Under the pieces are notes generated by a model. The model did no database searches. It was not told the origin of the DNA and worked only from the letters and a program-made list of their open reading frames with translations. The position numbers and the translations under genes were made by a program. From the NCBI GenBank assembly GCA_964585925.1, contig CAZPFS010000005.1:4808-68807 (forward strand): DNA of 64,000 nt, given 5' to 3'. Shown here in pieces: positions 8,655 to 17,671 of the stretch; the first letter of the stretch is position 1, and each line of letters opens with the position of its first letter. The DNA comes from an uncultured Syntrophomonadaceae bacterium. GTDB taxonomy: Bacteria > Bacillota > Dethiobacteria > DTU022.

Positions 8655-10556
8655 ATGCCCGCTCACAAGGATCCGGAACCCAGGAATCAACAGGTCAACG
8701 CAATTCTGGAACTGATTGTTAACATTTACGGCAGTGAAAAGATGGTTTTAAAAGCCAATAAATTGGGGGCATTGACCCTTCTTCGTTCACCAAAACTATC
8801 CCAGAGGGTTCTGGGACTGCAAAAAATTATTCTTGATGATCCGACCCTGAAAGATCCTCCGGAAGATAAGATCATCCCCGGGTTACTGGAAGAATTGGAG
8901 GACGTTTTGGCGGGGCAGCTGGCCAGGCGTTCTCTAGAGGAATCCATTGAACAAAAAGCCCGACGCAAGGTGGAAGAAAGACATGAAGAGTATTTGCAGG
9001 ACATTAAAAGCCAGGTAATCAAAGAGATCAGCGGTGTAGAAACCCCACATACTTTAAAAAAGTATGCGCAAATTGAAAAAATGTACACCCGGGAAATTTC
9101 CCGGAACGCAGTGGAGATGTTGCGGCCCGGTCAAATAGATGAGATTATCGGGCAGCGGAAAGCTGTTACCGCTCTGATTTCCATGCTGGCTTCTCCACAC
9201 CCCACTCATATTTTATTGTACGGCCCACCCGGGGTAGGCAAGACTACCGCTGCCAGGCTGGCTCTGAAAGAGGCGCAAAAAACATCTCAGGCCTTGTTTT
9301 CAAAACAGGCGCCCTTTATAGAAGTAGACGGCACCACCCTAAGATGGGATCCCCGGGAGGCAGCCAATCCCCTGCTCGGTTCGGTTCATGATCCCATCTA
9401 TCAGGGAGCGCAGAAAGATCTGGCCGAAGTCGGCATACCGGAACCCAAACTGGGTCTGGTTACAGAAGCCCACGGGGGGATTTTGTTTATCGACGAAATT
9501 GGCGAGATGGATTTGCAGCTTCAGAGTAAATTGCTGAAAGTACTTGAAGACAAACGGGTTTTTTTTGAATCCGCTTACTATGATCCCTCGGACTCCAGAG
9601 TGCCCAAATATATAAAACTGTTGTTTGAACAGGGCGCTCCGGCGGATTTTGTGCTGATTGGAGCTACCACCCGACCACCGGAAGACATTTCACCTGCTCT
9701 TCGCTCGCGCTGCACACCGGTTTTTTTTGACCTGTTAACCCCTGAAGATATTAAAGGCATCGTCAGGGCTGCCGCATCCAAACTGAAAGTAAGGGCTGGC
9801 CCCGGGGTAACCAGACTGATCAGCGGTTATACCGGAGAGGGTCGTCAAGCGGTTAATTTATTGATAGAGGCATACAGCCGGGCACTTTACGAGGGGGACG
9901 GCGGGCGCCCGCCCAGGATTACCTGCCGTCTGATGCAGGAAGTACTGCAAAGCAACCGGCTGATCCCCTTAAGTAGGGTGTACGCCAGTGAGACCGAAGA
10001 GATAGGAAAAACCAGCGCGTTGGGAGTATCCGGATTTATCGGTTCAGTGCTGGAGATAGAAGCGCTGTCGCTTTCTTCACCCGGTCCCGGTAAAGGGCGA
10101 ATTCGCTTCAATGATACTGCAGGCTCGATGACTAAAGATTCGGTATTTGTGGCGGCAACGGTTATCCGCAAACTGACCGGGATTGATCTGGGTGATTTCG
10201 ACCTGCACCTGAACGTTGTCGGCGGGGGCAATGTTGACGGACCATCGGCAGGAGTGGCCATATTTATCGCCTTGTTGAGTGCACTCAAAAATATTCCAAT
10301 CAAACAGGATTGCGCGGTTACCGGTGAAATTTCCCTGCAGGGAACCATTAAGCCGGTGGGCGGTCTGATCGAAAAAATTTATGGAGCACGACTGGCAGGA
10401 TTCAAAAAAGTAATAATCCCAATGGGTAACAGCGAGAATCTGGCCCCAAACTTCCCGGATATGCAGATAATCACCGTGCGTGAAGTTTCGGATTTGTGGT
10501 CTCACTTTTTCCGACCCCGTGCATTAAAGGAGCTGTTTCCCGCCAAGGAGGGTTGA
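8655..10556 (+). CDS. Lon-family ATP-dependent protease lacking the N-terminal LON substrate domain (LonB/LonC-like)
   Basis: AAA+ Walker A GPPGVGKTT and Walker B ILFIDEIGEMD; C-terminal S16 domain with catalytic-serine motif DGPSAGVAI and a downstream lysine (FKKVIIP). Confidence 0.8.
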   Translation: MPAHKDPEPRNQQVNAILELIVNIYGSEKMVLKANKLGALTLLRSPKLSQRVLGLQKIILDDPTLKDPPEDKIIPGLLEELEDVLAGQLARRSLEESIEQKARRKVEERHEEYLQDIKSQVIKEISGVETPHTLKKYAQIEKMYTREISRNAVEMLRPGQIDEIIGQRKAVTALISMLASPHPTHILLYGPPGVGKTTAARLALKEAQKTSQALFSKQAPFIEVDGTTLRWDPREAANPLLGSVHDPIYQGAQKDLAEVGIPEPKLGLVTEAHGGILFIDEIGEMDLQLQSKLLKVLEDKRVFFESAYYDPSDSRVPKYIKLLFEQGAPADFVLIGATTRPPEDISPALRSRCTPVFFDLLTPEDIKGIVRAAASKLKVRAGPGVTRLISGYTGEGRQAVNLLIEAYSRALYEGDGGRPPRITCRLMQEVLQSNRLIPLSRVYASETEEIGKTSALGVSGFIGSVLEIEALSLSSPGPGKGRIRFNDTAGSMTKDSVFVAATVIRKLTGIDLGDFDLHLNVVGGGNVDGPSAGVAIFIALLSALKNIPIKQDCAVTGEISLQGTIKPVGGLIEKIYGARLAGFKKVIIPMGNSENLAPNFPDMQIITVREVSDLWSHFFRPRALKELFPAKEG

Positions 10557-10558
10557 CC

Positions 10559-11920
10559 ATGGCTGTTACCGGAGAGCGGGTTCCTCCGCAAAGCATAGAG
10601 GCCGAACAATCTGTACTGGGTTCCATGTTGATCGACAAGGAAGCCATTTATACAGCTTCTGAACTATTGATGGGGGAGGATTTTTACCGTTCGTCCCACC
10701 AAAAAATATTTGAAGCCATCATATCGCTGAGTGACCGGGGTGAACCGGTGGATCTGATCACCCTTTCCGATGAGCTCAAATCCGGAAGCTGCCTGGAGGA
10801 AACCGGAGGGATGCAATATCTGGTTTCTTTGGCCGATGCTGTTCCCACCGCGGCCAATGTTCAGTATTATGCAGAAATTGTCAGAGAAAGAGCCATACTC
10901 AGGGCATTGATCAGCGGGTGTACACAGATCGTCACTTCCAGTTTCAGTTCTCCTCCGGATGTTGATGATTTTTTGGATCAGGCGGAACAAAAAATATTTG
11001 AAATTGGGCGCAGGGGTAAACGACAGGGTTTTTCCTCCCTGAAGGAAGTTCTGGTACAAACCTTTGAGCGCATTGAAAAGCTCTATGATCACAAGAAAGG
11101 TGTAACTGGTATTTCATCGGGTTTTGTAGATATTGATTGTTTAAGTGCAGGCTTGCAGGAGGCGGATTTGATTATTGTTGCCGCCCGCCCCAGCATGGGC
11201 AAAACAACCCTCGCCCTGAACATTGCCCAGCACATTGCGGTTAATGAAAACAAGGCGGTGGCTTTTTTTAGTTTGGAAATGGCCAAAGAGCAATTAGCCC
11301 AGCGCCTGCTCTCGGCACAGGCGCAGATTGATGCCCAAGACCTCCGCCGCGGCTTTTTGTCTCAGGAGGACTGGCAGAAACTGACCAGGGCGGTAGGTCC
11401 GTTGAGCACCGCTCCGTTGTATATTGATGATACACCTTCCCTTTCCGTCATGGAGTTGCGCTCCAAGGCCAGGCGTCTAAAAGCCGAAAAAGGGCTGGAA
11501 GCAATATTTGTTGATTATCTTCAGCTTATGAGGGGTCACGGCCGGGCGGAAAACAGACAGCAAGAGCTGTCTGAAATTTCACGATCGCTAAAAGCCCTGG
11601 CCAAGGAGCTGAGCGTACCGGTAATTGCGCTTTCCCAGCTGAGCCGGGCGGTAGAAAAAAGACCGAATCGCCGACCGATTTTAAGCGACCTCATGGAATC
11701 GGGGGGTATTGAGGCCAACGCGGACATGGTTGTGTTCATATATCGGGAGGCTTATTATACACAGGATACGGAGTCCGGCAATGTGGCCGAGATCATCATT
11801 GCCAAGCAGCGGAACGGCCCCACCGGCACGGTAAAGTTGTATTTTCTGGATCGCTACGGCAAATTTGCCAATATCGCCCGGGAAAATGAAGGTGAATATA
11901 GTGCCCCAGCAGAGGTATGA
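10559..11920 (+). CDS. dnaB: Replicative DNA helicase (DnaB family; DnaC in Bacillus nomenclature)
   Basis: N-terminal PPQSIEAEQSVLGSML; Walker A ARPSMGKTT; RecA-like C-terminal domain; 454 aa. Confidence 0.9.
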   Translation: MAVTGERVPPQSIEAEQSVLGSMLIDKEAIYTASELLMGEDFYRSSHQKIFEAIISLSDRGEPVDLITLSDELKSGSCLEETGGMQYLVSLADAVPTAANVQYYAEIVRERAILRALISGCTQIVTSSFSSPPDVDDFLDQAEQKIFEIGRRGKRQGFSSLKEVLVQTFERIEKLYDHKKGVTGISSGFVDIDCLSAGLQEADLIIVAARPSMGKTTLALNIAQHIAVNENKAVAFFSLEMAKEQLAQRLLSAQAQIDAQDLRRGFLSQEDWQKLTRAVGPLSTAPLYIDDTPSLSVMELRSKARRLKAEKGLEAIFVDYLQLMRGHGRAENRQQELSEISRSLKALAKELSVPVIALSQLSRAVEKRPNRRPILSDLMESGGIEANADMVVFIYREAYYTQDTESGNVAEIIIAKQRNGPTGTVKLYFLDRYGKFANIARENEGEYSAPAEV

Positions 11921-13280
11921 CGTAATAATTATTGGCGCAGGCCCTGCCGGTATCTTTACGGCCCTGGAGTTAAGCCGGCGTTCCCAGGCCAGAATATTGA
12001 TATTGGAGCAGGGGCCGGCGCTGGAAAAGCGGAACTGTTCCCGGCGGATTGGGAAACAATGTCTGCACTGCCGTCCCTGCCGGGTTACCAGCGGTTGGGG
12101 GGGGGCAGGTGCGTTCAGCGATGGAAAGCTGACCCTGGCCCCTGAAATCGGCGGTTTTTTAAATGAATATGTTTCTCCTTCGGTATTAAACGAACTTATC
12201 GGTTACGTGGAACAAACTTTTCTTTCCTTCGGCGCTCCTGATTGCTTGTATGGAACCGACCGGGAAGGGGTGAAGGAACTGCAGCGCAGGGCGGCTGCCG
12301 CCGGATTGAGTCTGATCCCGGCCCGAATCAGGCATCTGGGCACCGAAAACTGTTTTGGTATACTGCAGCGTATCTATCAGCAACTGTCCGCCCGAGTGGA
12401 AATATCCGTTGATACACAGGTAACCGAGATACTGGCCGGCAGCCGGGCAATAAAGGGAGTCAAGCTGGCCTCCGGGGAGATTATCGGTGCGCGTTATGTG
12501 GTATGCAGTCCCGGACGTTCAGGGGCGGAATGGTTCCAACAGGAGGCACTTCGCCTGGGGTTAAAAGGGACCAACAACCCGGTGGATATCGGGCTCCGGG
12601 TAGAAATTCCGGCAGTGCTGATGGAGCCCCTTACCAACCAGGTGTACGAACCCAAATTAATATACTATTCACCGTATTTTGACGATCGAGTCCGCACTTT
12701 CTGCATGAATCCACATGGAGTAGTGGTAATGGAAAATAACGCGGGGACAGTCACGGTCAACGGTCACAGTTATGCCCGTAAAAAAACAGAGAATACCAAT
12801 TTTGCACTGTTGGTCAGCAAAACTTTTACCGAGCCGTTTAATGAGCCGATCAGTTACGGCAAGAATATTGCCGGGCTGGCCAATATGTTGGGATACGGAG
12901 TGCTGGTGCAGCGATTGGGGGATTTACTGATGGGTCGACGCTCTACAAGAGAACGCATCTTGCGGGGGATGGTCCGTCCCTCCCTGGAAGAGGCTACACC
13001 CGGTGATCTGAGCCTGGTTTTGCCTTATCGCCATCTGCGCTCGATAATGGAAATGCTGGAGGCTTTGGACAGGCTGGCGCCGGGGGTAAATTCCCGCCAT
13101 ACACTGCTGTACGGCCTGGAGGTCAAGTTCTATTCTTTTCGGGTGCAGGTGGACAACCAACTGCATACCGGCATTAAGGGTTTGTTTGCCGTTGGCGACG
13201 GAGCAGGGATTACCCGGGGATTGGTCCAGTCCTCCGCCTCAGGGGTGCTTGCCGCCCGGGAAATAGCAAATAGTTTATAA
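11886..13280 (+). CDS. FAD-dependent oxidoreductase (COG2509-like uncharacterised FAD dehydrogenase)
   Basis: Rossmann dinucleotide motif DVIIIGAGPAG at the N-terminus and a C-terminal GDGAG motif. Confidence 0.6.
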   Translation: MKVNIVPQQRYDVIIIGAGPAGIFTALELSRRSQARILILEQGPALEKRNCSRRIGKQCLHCRPCRVTSGWGGAGAFSDGKLTLAPEIGGFLNEYVSPSVLNELIGYVEQTFLSFGAPDCLYGTDREGVKELQRRAAAAGLSLIPARIRHLGTENCFGILQRIYQQLSARVEISVDTQVTEILAGSRAIKGVKLASGEIIGARYVVCSPGRSGAEWFQQEALRLGLKGTNNPVDIGLRVEIPAVLMEPLTNQVYEPKLIYYSPYFDDRVRTFCMNPHGVVVMENNAGTVTVNGHSYARKKTENTNFALLVSKTFTEPFNEPISYGKNIAGLANMLGYGVLVQRLGDLLMGRRSTRERILRGMVRPSLEEATPGDLSLVLPYRHLRSIMEMLEALDRLAPGVNSRHTLLYGLEVKFYSFRVQVDNQLHTGIKGLFAVGDGAGITRGLVQSSASGVLAAREIANSL

Positions 13281-13409
13281 AAAGGAGCTCGAAGAATAAA
13301 ATAATCCTGGGAAGGTTAATAATACCTGCCAAGGAGGTTTTTAACTGCTGTCTGGTAAAAATATTTTCAATGTCAGCAGGAATATACAGGAAGCAACCAG
13401 AATTTAACA

Positions 13410-13440
13410 GGGTATATTTTTAAAGGGGTATATTTTAAAG
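13410..13440. repeat. Tandem direct repeat gggtatattttt-aaag / gggtatatttt-aaag in the promoter region of the G5-M23 peptidase gene
   Basis: Two adjacent near-identical 15-16 nt AT-rich units about 50 nt upstream of the ATG at 13491. Confidence 0.5.
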
Positions 13441-13490
13441 CAGACCCTTTGACGGCAACTCCTGGGCATCTTAGGCAAAGGAGGCAATCT

Positions 13491-14918
13491 ATGAAGGTCT
13501 GGACAATAGCGCCTTTATTACAGGTGCTGGCGGTTAAAACAAGTCGGATTTACCGTTACAGCACCTTAAATAAGTGGCGTCTTTGGTTAAAGGGGAGAAC
13601 GTTGCACTGGGCGGTTTATTTAACCTCGGCTTCCCTTCTTCTGGGGTTGATTATGGGCATGGTCAACTACCGGCAAAGCTTTTTCCAGGTAGTGTTGCTG
13701 GATGGCCGGGAAATCGGTCTGGTCCGTGAAACCAGGGAACTTGAGGAATTTTTAGGTTCCCTTAATGATAAATGCAGCCGTCTTTACGGCATGCCGGTAA
13801 TGCCTTTGCAGGAAATTGTTTTCTGCCGGGAATACCGTCCCGGCGGTGATGCCAATCTCCCATTGGTTAAAGAAACCCTGCGGCAACGGTTAACTATGGT
13901 TTCCGATGCGGTAATGATCACCGTGGATGGAAAACCGGCAGTGCCGGTAAAAGACGAACAGGAAGTGGACGGCGTAATTGACCTGCTTGGGCGGAACTAT
14001 ACCGCTCAAAATGAAGGGGTCAGGTTGCTGGAGGTAGCCCTATCGGAACAGGTGGAGGGAGAAAAATGCCTGGTAAAACCCGAGGAGATCTGCACGGCAG
14101 ATAGGGCGGCCCGGCTGTTGGCGGATGGGGAATCTAATCGGGAAATATATACTGTTTCCCGGGGAAATACCTTTCCCAATCTTTCCGGATTACCGGCGCC
14201 CGTCGAGGAGGAAATGGACGCATCAGGAAATCCGATGCCGGAAGTGCATGTGATTACCGTGGAAGAGGTCACCCAGATTGAACAGGTGCCCTTTTCCACC
14301 ATGTATACCTGGACCTCCAGCTTGTGGAATGTGCAATCCAGGGTGGTTACTCCCGGCAAACCAGGTGCCAGGAATGTGGTTTATCATGTGACCCGGGAAA
14401 ACGGGGTGGAAACGGGCCGCCAAAAGATTTCTGAAACCATTCTCGAGCTACCGGTATCGCAGGTGATTGAGCGGGGTACCGCCCGCGTGCCTTCATATGG
14501 GACCGGACAATTTATATGGCCGATCCCATCCAGTGTTGATCGGGGAGGGCGGATAACCCAGGGGTTTCGGGGCTATGCCCACCGGGGGATCGATATATCT
14601 TCCACTGCCGGGACAAGTACCCCTATACTTGCTGCGGACAAAGGGGTAGTGGTGCAAACAGGCAACCGGGGGAGCCTTGGAAATTATATTATTATTTACC
14701 ATGGCCAACATTATACGGTCTACCTGCACAACTCGCGAAATTTGGTCTCGGCCGGCAATGTGGTTGAAAAAGGCCAGACTATCGCCTATATGGGATGTAC
14801 AGGCCGTTCAACCGGGGTTCATTTGCATTTTGAAATCCGCCGCAGCGATGGCTCCGGTCAGTGGCTGACCTGGGACAGCAACCCCCCGTTAAATCCCCTG
14901 GATTTCTTCCATCCCTAG
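13491..14918 (+). CDS. M23 family metallopeptidase with N-terminal TM segment and a G5-like domain
   Basis: C-terminal HRGIDISS and GRSTGVHLHFEIR; central VITVEEVTQIEQVPFST...VVTPGKPG resembles a G5 domain; strong RBS AGGAGG. Confidence 0.8.
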   Translation: MKVWTIAPLLQVLAVKTSRIYRYSTLNKWRLWLKGRTLHWAVYLTSASLLLGLIMGMVNYRQSFFQVVLLDGREIGLVRETRELEEFLGSLNDKCSRLYGMPVMPLQEIVFCREYRPGGDANLPLVKETLRQRLTMVSDAVMITVDGKPAVPVKDEQEVDGVIDLLGRNYTAQNEGVRLLEVALSEQVEGEKCLVKPEEICTADRAARLLADGESNREIYTVSRGNTFPNLSGLPAPVEEEMDASGNPMPEVHVITVEEVTQIEQVPFSTMYTWTSSLWNVQSRVVTPGKPGARNVVYHVTRENGVETGRQKISETILELPVSQVIERGTARVPSYGTGQFIWPIPSSVDRGGRITQGFRGYAHRGIDISSTAGTSTPILAADKGVVVQTGNRGSLGNYIIIYHGQHYTVYLHNSRNLVSAGNVVEKGQTIAYMGCTGRSTGVHLHFEIRRSDGSGQWLTWDSNPPLNPLDFFHP

Positions 14919-14940
14919 GGGAGATTCAAATGGGGACCTA

Positions 14941-15120
14941 AAATGGGGACAGTCTTATCTTGCGAGACTGTCCCCTGACCTCAGCCAGAAACTCTTTCCG
15001 ATGGTGGCCTAAAAAGGGGACAGACCTCTGATTGCAGATCTGCCCCCTTACCTTATTCCTGGCAGAACCGTCTCCATACCCTCCGGTAGGGAAAGTTCTA
15101 TCACGCAGAACTGTCCCCAT
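14941..15120. repeat. Three tandem copies of an about 71-bp unit, each holding a GGGGACAGTCT...AGACTGTCCCC-type hairpin
   Basis: Hairpins at 14945-14975 (perfect 11-bp stem), 15016-15046 and 15088-15118 (degenerate copies); spacers also related (cagccagaaac / ctggcagaacc). Confidence 0.6.
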
Positions 15121-15192
15121 ACCCCAGCAGGAGATCCCCACCGTTTGAGCGAAAGGTTACATAAATATTTTTTCAAAGATGAAGCGGAGAAC

Positions 15193-15894
15193 ATGGCGGA
15201 AAAAATATTAGTGGTAGACGACGAGCGTCCCATCGCGGAAATCATAAAATACAATCTCGAAAAGGAAGGTTTCGAGGTAATTATGGCTTTTGATGGTCAG
15301 GAAGCCCTTGATTTGCTGGCGGGGGAGGAACCCGACCTAATTATTCTTGATATCATGTTGCCCAAAAAGGATGGTTTTACCGTATGCCGGGAAATTAGAT
15401 CTTCCAGGCAGGTGCCGATAATTATGCTTTCCGCCAGGGAAACAGAGATCGACAAGGTGCTGGGGCTGGAATTGGGCGCCGATGATTATGTGACCAAGCC
15501 GTTCAGTGCCCGGGAAATTACCGCCAGAGTCAAGGCTATTCTCAGACGATCAAAGGCAGCACCTCCGGAAGAGGAGGAATCAAAACAGCTTTGTTGTGGA
15601 TCACTGGTGGTTGATCTGAACCGGATGGAAGTTTCCCGTGCCGGCAAGCCGATTGATCTGACCTATCGGGAATTCGAACTGTTGACATTCATGATGCGGC
15701 GTCCGGGATATGTGTTAAGCCGGCAGCAACTCCTGGATGAGGTATGGGGCTATGATTATATACTTGACGAACGAACGGTTGATGTTACCGTACGTCGACT
15801 GCGCGAAAAGATTGAGCTCAATGCGGCCGAGCCGGAGTATATTTACACCAAGCGGGGGGTTGGTTATTACTTCAAGGAGAGCACCCATGCTTAA
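15193..15894 (+). CDS. walR: OmpR-family response regulator WalR/YycF
   Basis: REC domain (ILVVDDE...D...LPKKDG) and winged-helix C-terminus; immediately followed by walK-yycH-yycI. Confidence 0.85.
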   Translation: MAEKILVVDDERPIAEIIKYNLEKEGFEVIMAFDGQEALDLLAGEEPDLIILDIMLPKKDGFTVCREIRSSRQVPIIMLSARETEIDKVLGLELGADDYVTKPFSAREITARVKAILRRSKAAPPEEEESKQLCCGSLVVDLNRMEVSRAGKPIDLTYREFELLTFMMRRPGYVLSRQQLLDEVWGYDYILDERTVDVTVRRLREKIELNAAEPEYIYTKRGVGYYFKESTHA

Positions 15895-17671
15895 AAGCCT
15901 GCAGTGGAAAATCGTTTCAATTTATTCGCTTTTGTTACTGTTTACATTGCAGCTGATCGGGGTGTACCTGGTCCAGGGTCTTGAACGGTATTATCTTGAA
16001 AATTACAGGGAAAACCTTGAAAACCAGGCTAAACTCCTTTCCACCTTTATCTCTCCCCGGCCACTGGAGGAAAGAAGTGCGGAGGATATAGCCTACCTGA
16101 TAAAAGAGCTGCGGGGCCTGTGGGAAATGGATATAATGGTTCTCGATAACAGCGCACGGGTAGTGGGATCCTCGGGAAGCCAGGATATTATCGGCAGCCG
16201 CTTCATCCGGGAGGAGGTCCGAGAAGCCCTGTCCGGTACTACCGGCGGCACGATCAGAATCGAACCCTCTACCAAGGAAAGACGTTATTGTCTGGCGGTG
16301 CCCCTGATCAGCCGGGGAAATAAGGTGGGGCTGGTTTACTTGAGCGGCTCCTTAAGCAGCGTTGATCATACCCTCAACCAGATCAAAATGACATTGATTA
16401 CCGGATCCGGTATTGCGTTGGCCATCGGTCTTGGCCTGGGTTTAATATTGACCAAAGCAATAACGAGTCCTATTTTGGAGGTTACCCAAAAGGCGCATAA
16501 AATGGCCCAGGGTGATTTTTCACAGCGCATAAAGGTTGTCTCCGCCGATGAAATTGGACAACTGGGTTGTTCTTTTAACAATCTTTCTTCCCAACTTAAT
16601 CGGAGCCTGAAAGAAATTTCTTCAGAGAAAAACAAGGTGGAGGCCATTATAAATTATATGAATGACGGGGTAATTGCCTTGGATCCCGGGGGCATTGTAA
16701 TTCATATCAATCCGGCCGCCCGCAAAATGCTTTCCGCCTGGCCGGGCAACCGGCTTGAACTTGGGGATTGCGGGGCCGGGATGTTGGAGCGTTTTGCCGG
16801 CCCGCAGGGTGCTGCTATTCTCGAAAATCAGGGAGAACCGGTTAATTTTGAGGTGATGGGAAGGCAACCGCCGGGGGTATTTCAGGTTCAACTGGTTCCT
16901 TTTCAGCAGGAAGAAGGACACGGCGGCGGAACCCTGATTGTAATACATGACATTACACAGGAGAGAGAGCTTGTGCGGTTGCAGCAGGAATTCGTGGCCG
17001 ATGTTTCCCATGAACTGGGCACTCCGTTGACTACTATCAAAAGCTATGTAGAAGCCCTCTTGGATGAGATTGCTCCCGATCAGGAACTGGGCCGTCATTT
17101 TTTAAAGGTCCTGGACAATGAAACCAACCGCATGGTTCGCCTGGTTAAGGATCTGCTGACCCTTTCCCTGCTGGATTCCCGGCAGATGGAACTGCACCGA
17201 ACCAGAGTCATTCTGCCGGATCTGATCCGGGAGGCTGCCGATTATATCCATCAGGGGCCGGAAATTCGGCCAGACATGGTGTTCCATTTCCCCGATAATT
17301 TGCCGGCGGCCTGGATAGACCGGGGGCGGGCCATGCAGGTGGTAACAAATATCATCAAAAATGCGGTCAACTATACTCCCCCGGAAGGGGAGGTTCAGGT
17401 GGAAATATTGCCGCTGCCGGGATTTTTAAAAGTGATCATAGCCGATAACGGAATCGGCATTCCAAGCGAAGATCTTCCCCGGATATTTGAAAGGTTTTAC
17501 CGGGTAAAAAAGGATCGTTCCCGGGGTTACGGGGGAACCGGACTGGGCCTGTCCATAGCCCGCAAAATTGTGGAGGCCCATGAAGGAGAAATCGGGATAG
17601 AAAGCACTCCGGGGGAAGGAACCACAGTCTGGTTTACTTTTCCGGTCGGCGAGCGAGGTGGCCCGGGTTGA
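15887..17671 (+). CDS. walK: Sensor histidine kinase WalK/YycG
   Basis: N-terminal TM, extracellular domain, second TM, HAMP, PAS, HisKA H-box (SHELGTPLT) and HATPase_c (GGTGLGLSIA); 8-nt overlap with walR. Confidence 0.85.
   Translation: MLKSLQWKIVSIYSLLLLFTLQLIGVYLVQGLERYYLENYRENLENQAKLLSTFISPRPLEERSAEDIAYLIKELRGLWEMDIMVLDNSARVVGSSGSQDIIGSRFIREEVREALSGTTGGTIRIEPSTKERRYCLAVPLISRGNKVGLVYLSGSLSSVDHTLNQIKMTLITGSGIALAIGLGLGLILTKAITSPILEVTQKAHKMAQGDFSQRIKVVSADEIGQLGCSFNNLSSQLNRSLKEISSEKNKVEAIINYMNDGVIALDPGGIVIHINPAARKMLSAWPGNRLELGDCGAGMLERFAGPQGAAILENQGEPVNFEVMGRQPPGVFQVQLVPFQQEEGHGGGTLIVIHDITQERELVRLQQEFVADVSHELGTPLTTIKSYVEALLDEIAPDQELGRHFLKVLDNETNRMVRLVKDLLTLSLLDSRQMELHRTRVILPDLIREAADYIHQGPEIRPDMVFHFPDNLPAAWIDRGRAMQVVTNIIKNAVNYTPPEGEVQVEILPLPGFLKVIIADNGIGIPSEDLPRIFERFYRVKKDRSRGYGGTGLGLSIARKIVEAHEGEIGIESTPGEGTTVWFTFPVGERGGPG

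Noticed and set aside
9089-9104. Perfect 16-bp palindrome ccgggaaatttcccgg inside the Lon-like gene, considered as a Noc-binding site because noc is in the window
   Set aside because: The B. subtilis Noc site is ATTTCCCGGGAAAT, centred on CCCGGG. Here the half-sites are in the opposite arrangement, centred on AAATTT, so it does not match. It lies within coding sequence and is most likely coincidental.
14938-15254. Two minus-strand ORFs (67 and 68 aa) covering the tandem hairpin repeats upstream of walR
   Set aside because: Their protein sequences are low-complexity translations of the repeat units, with no RBS. The repeat structure explains the region better than coding.
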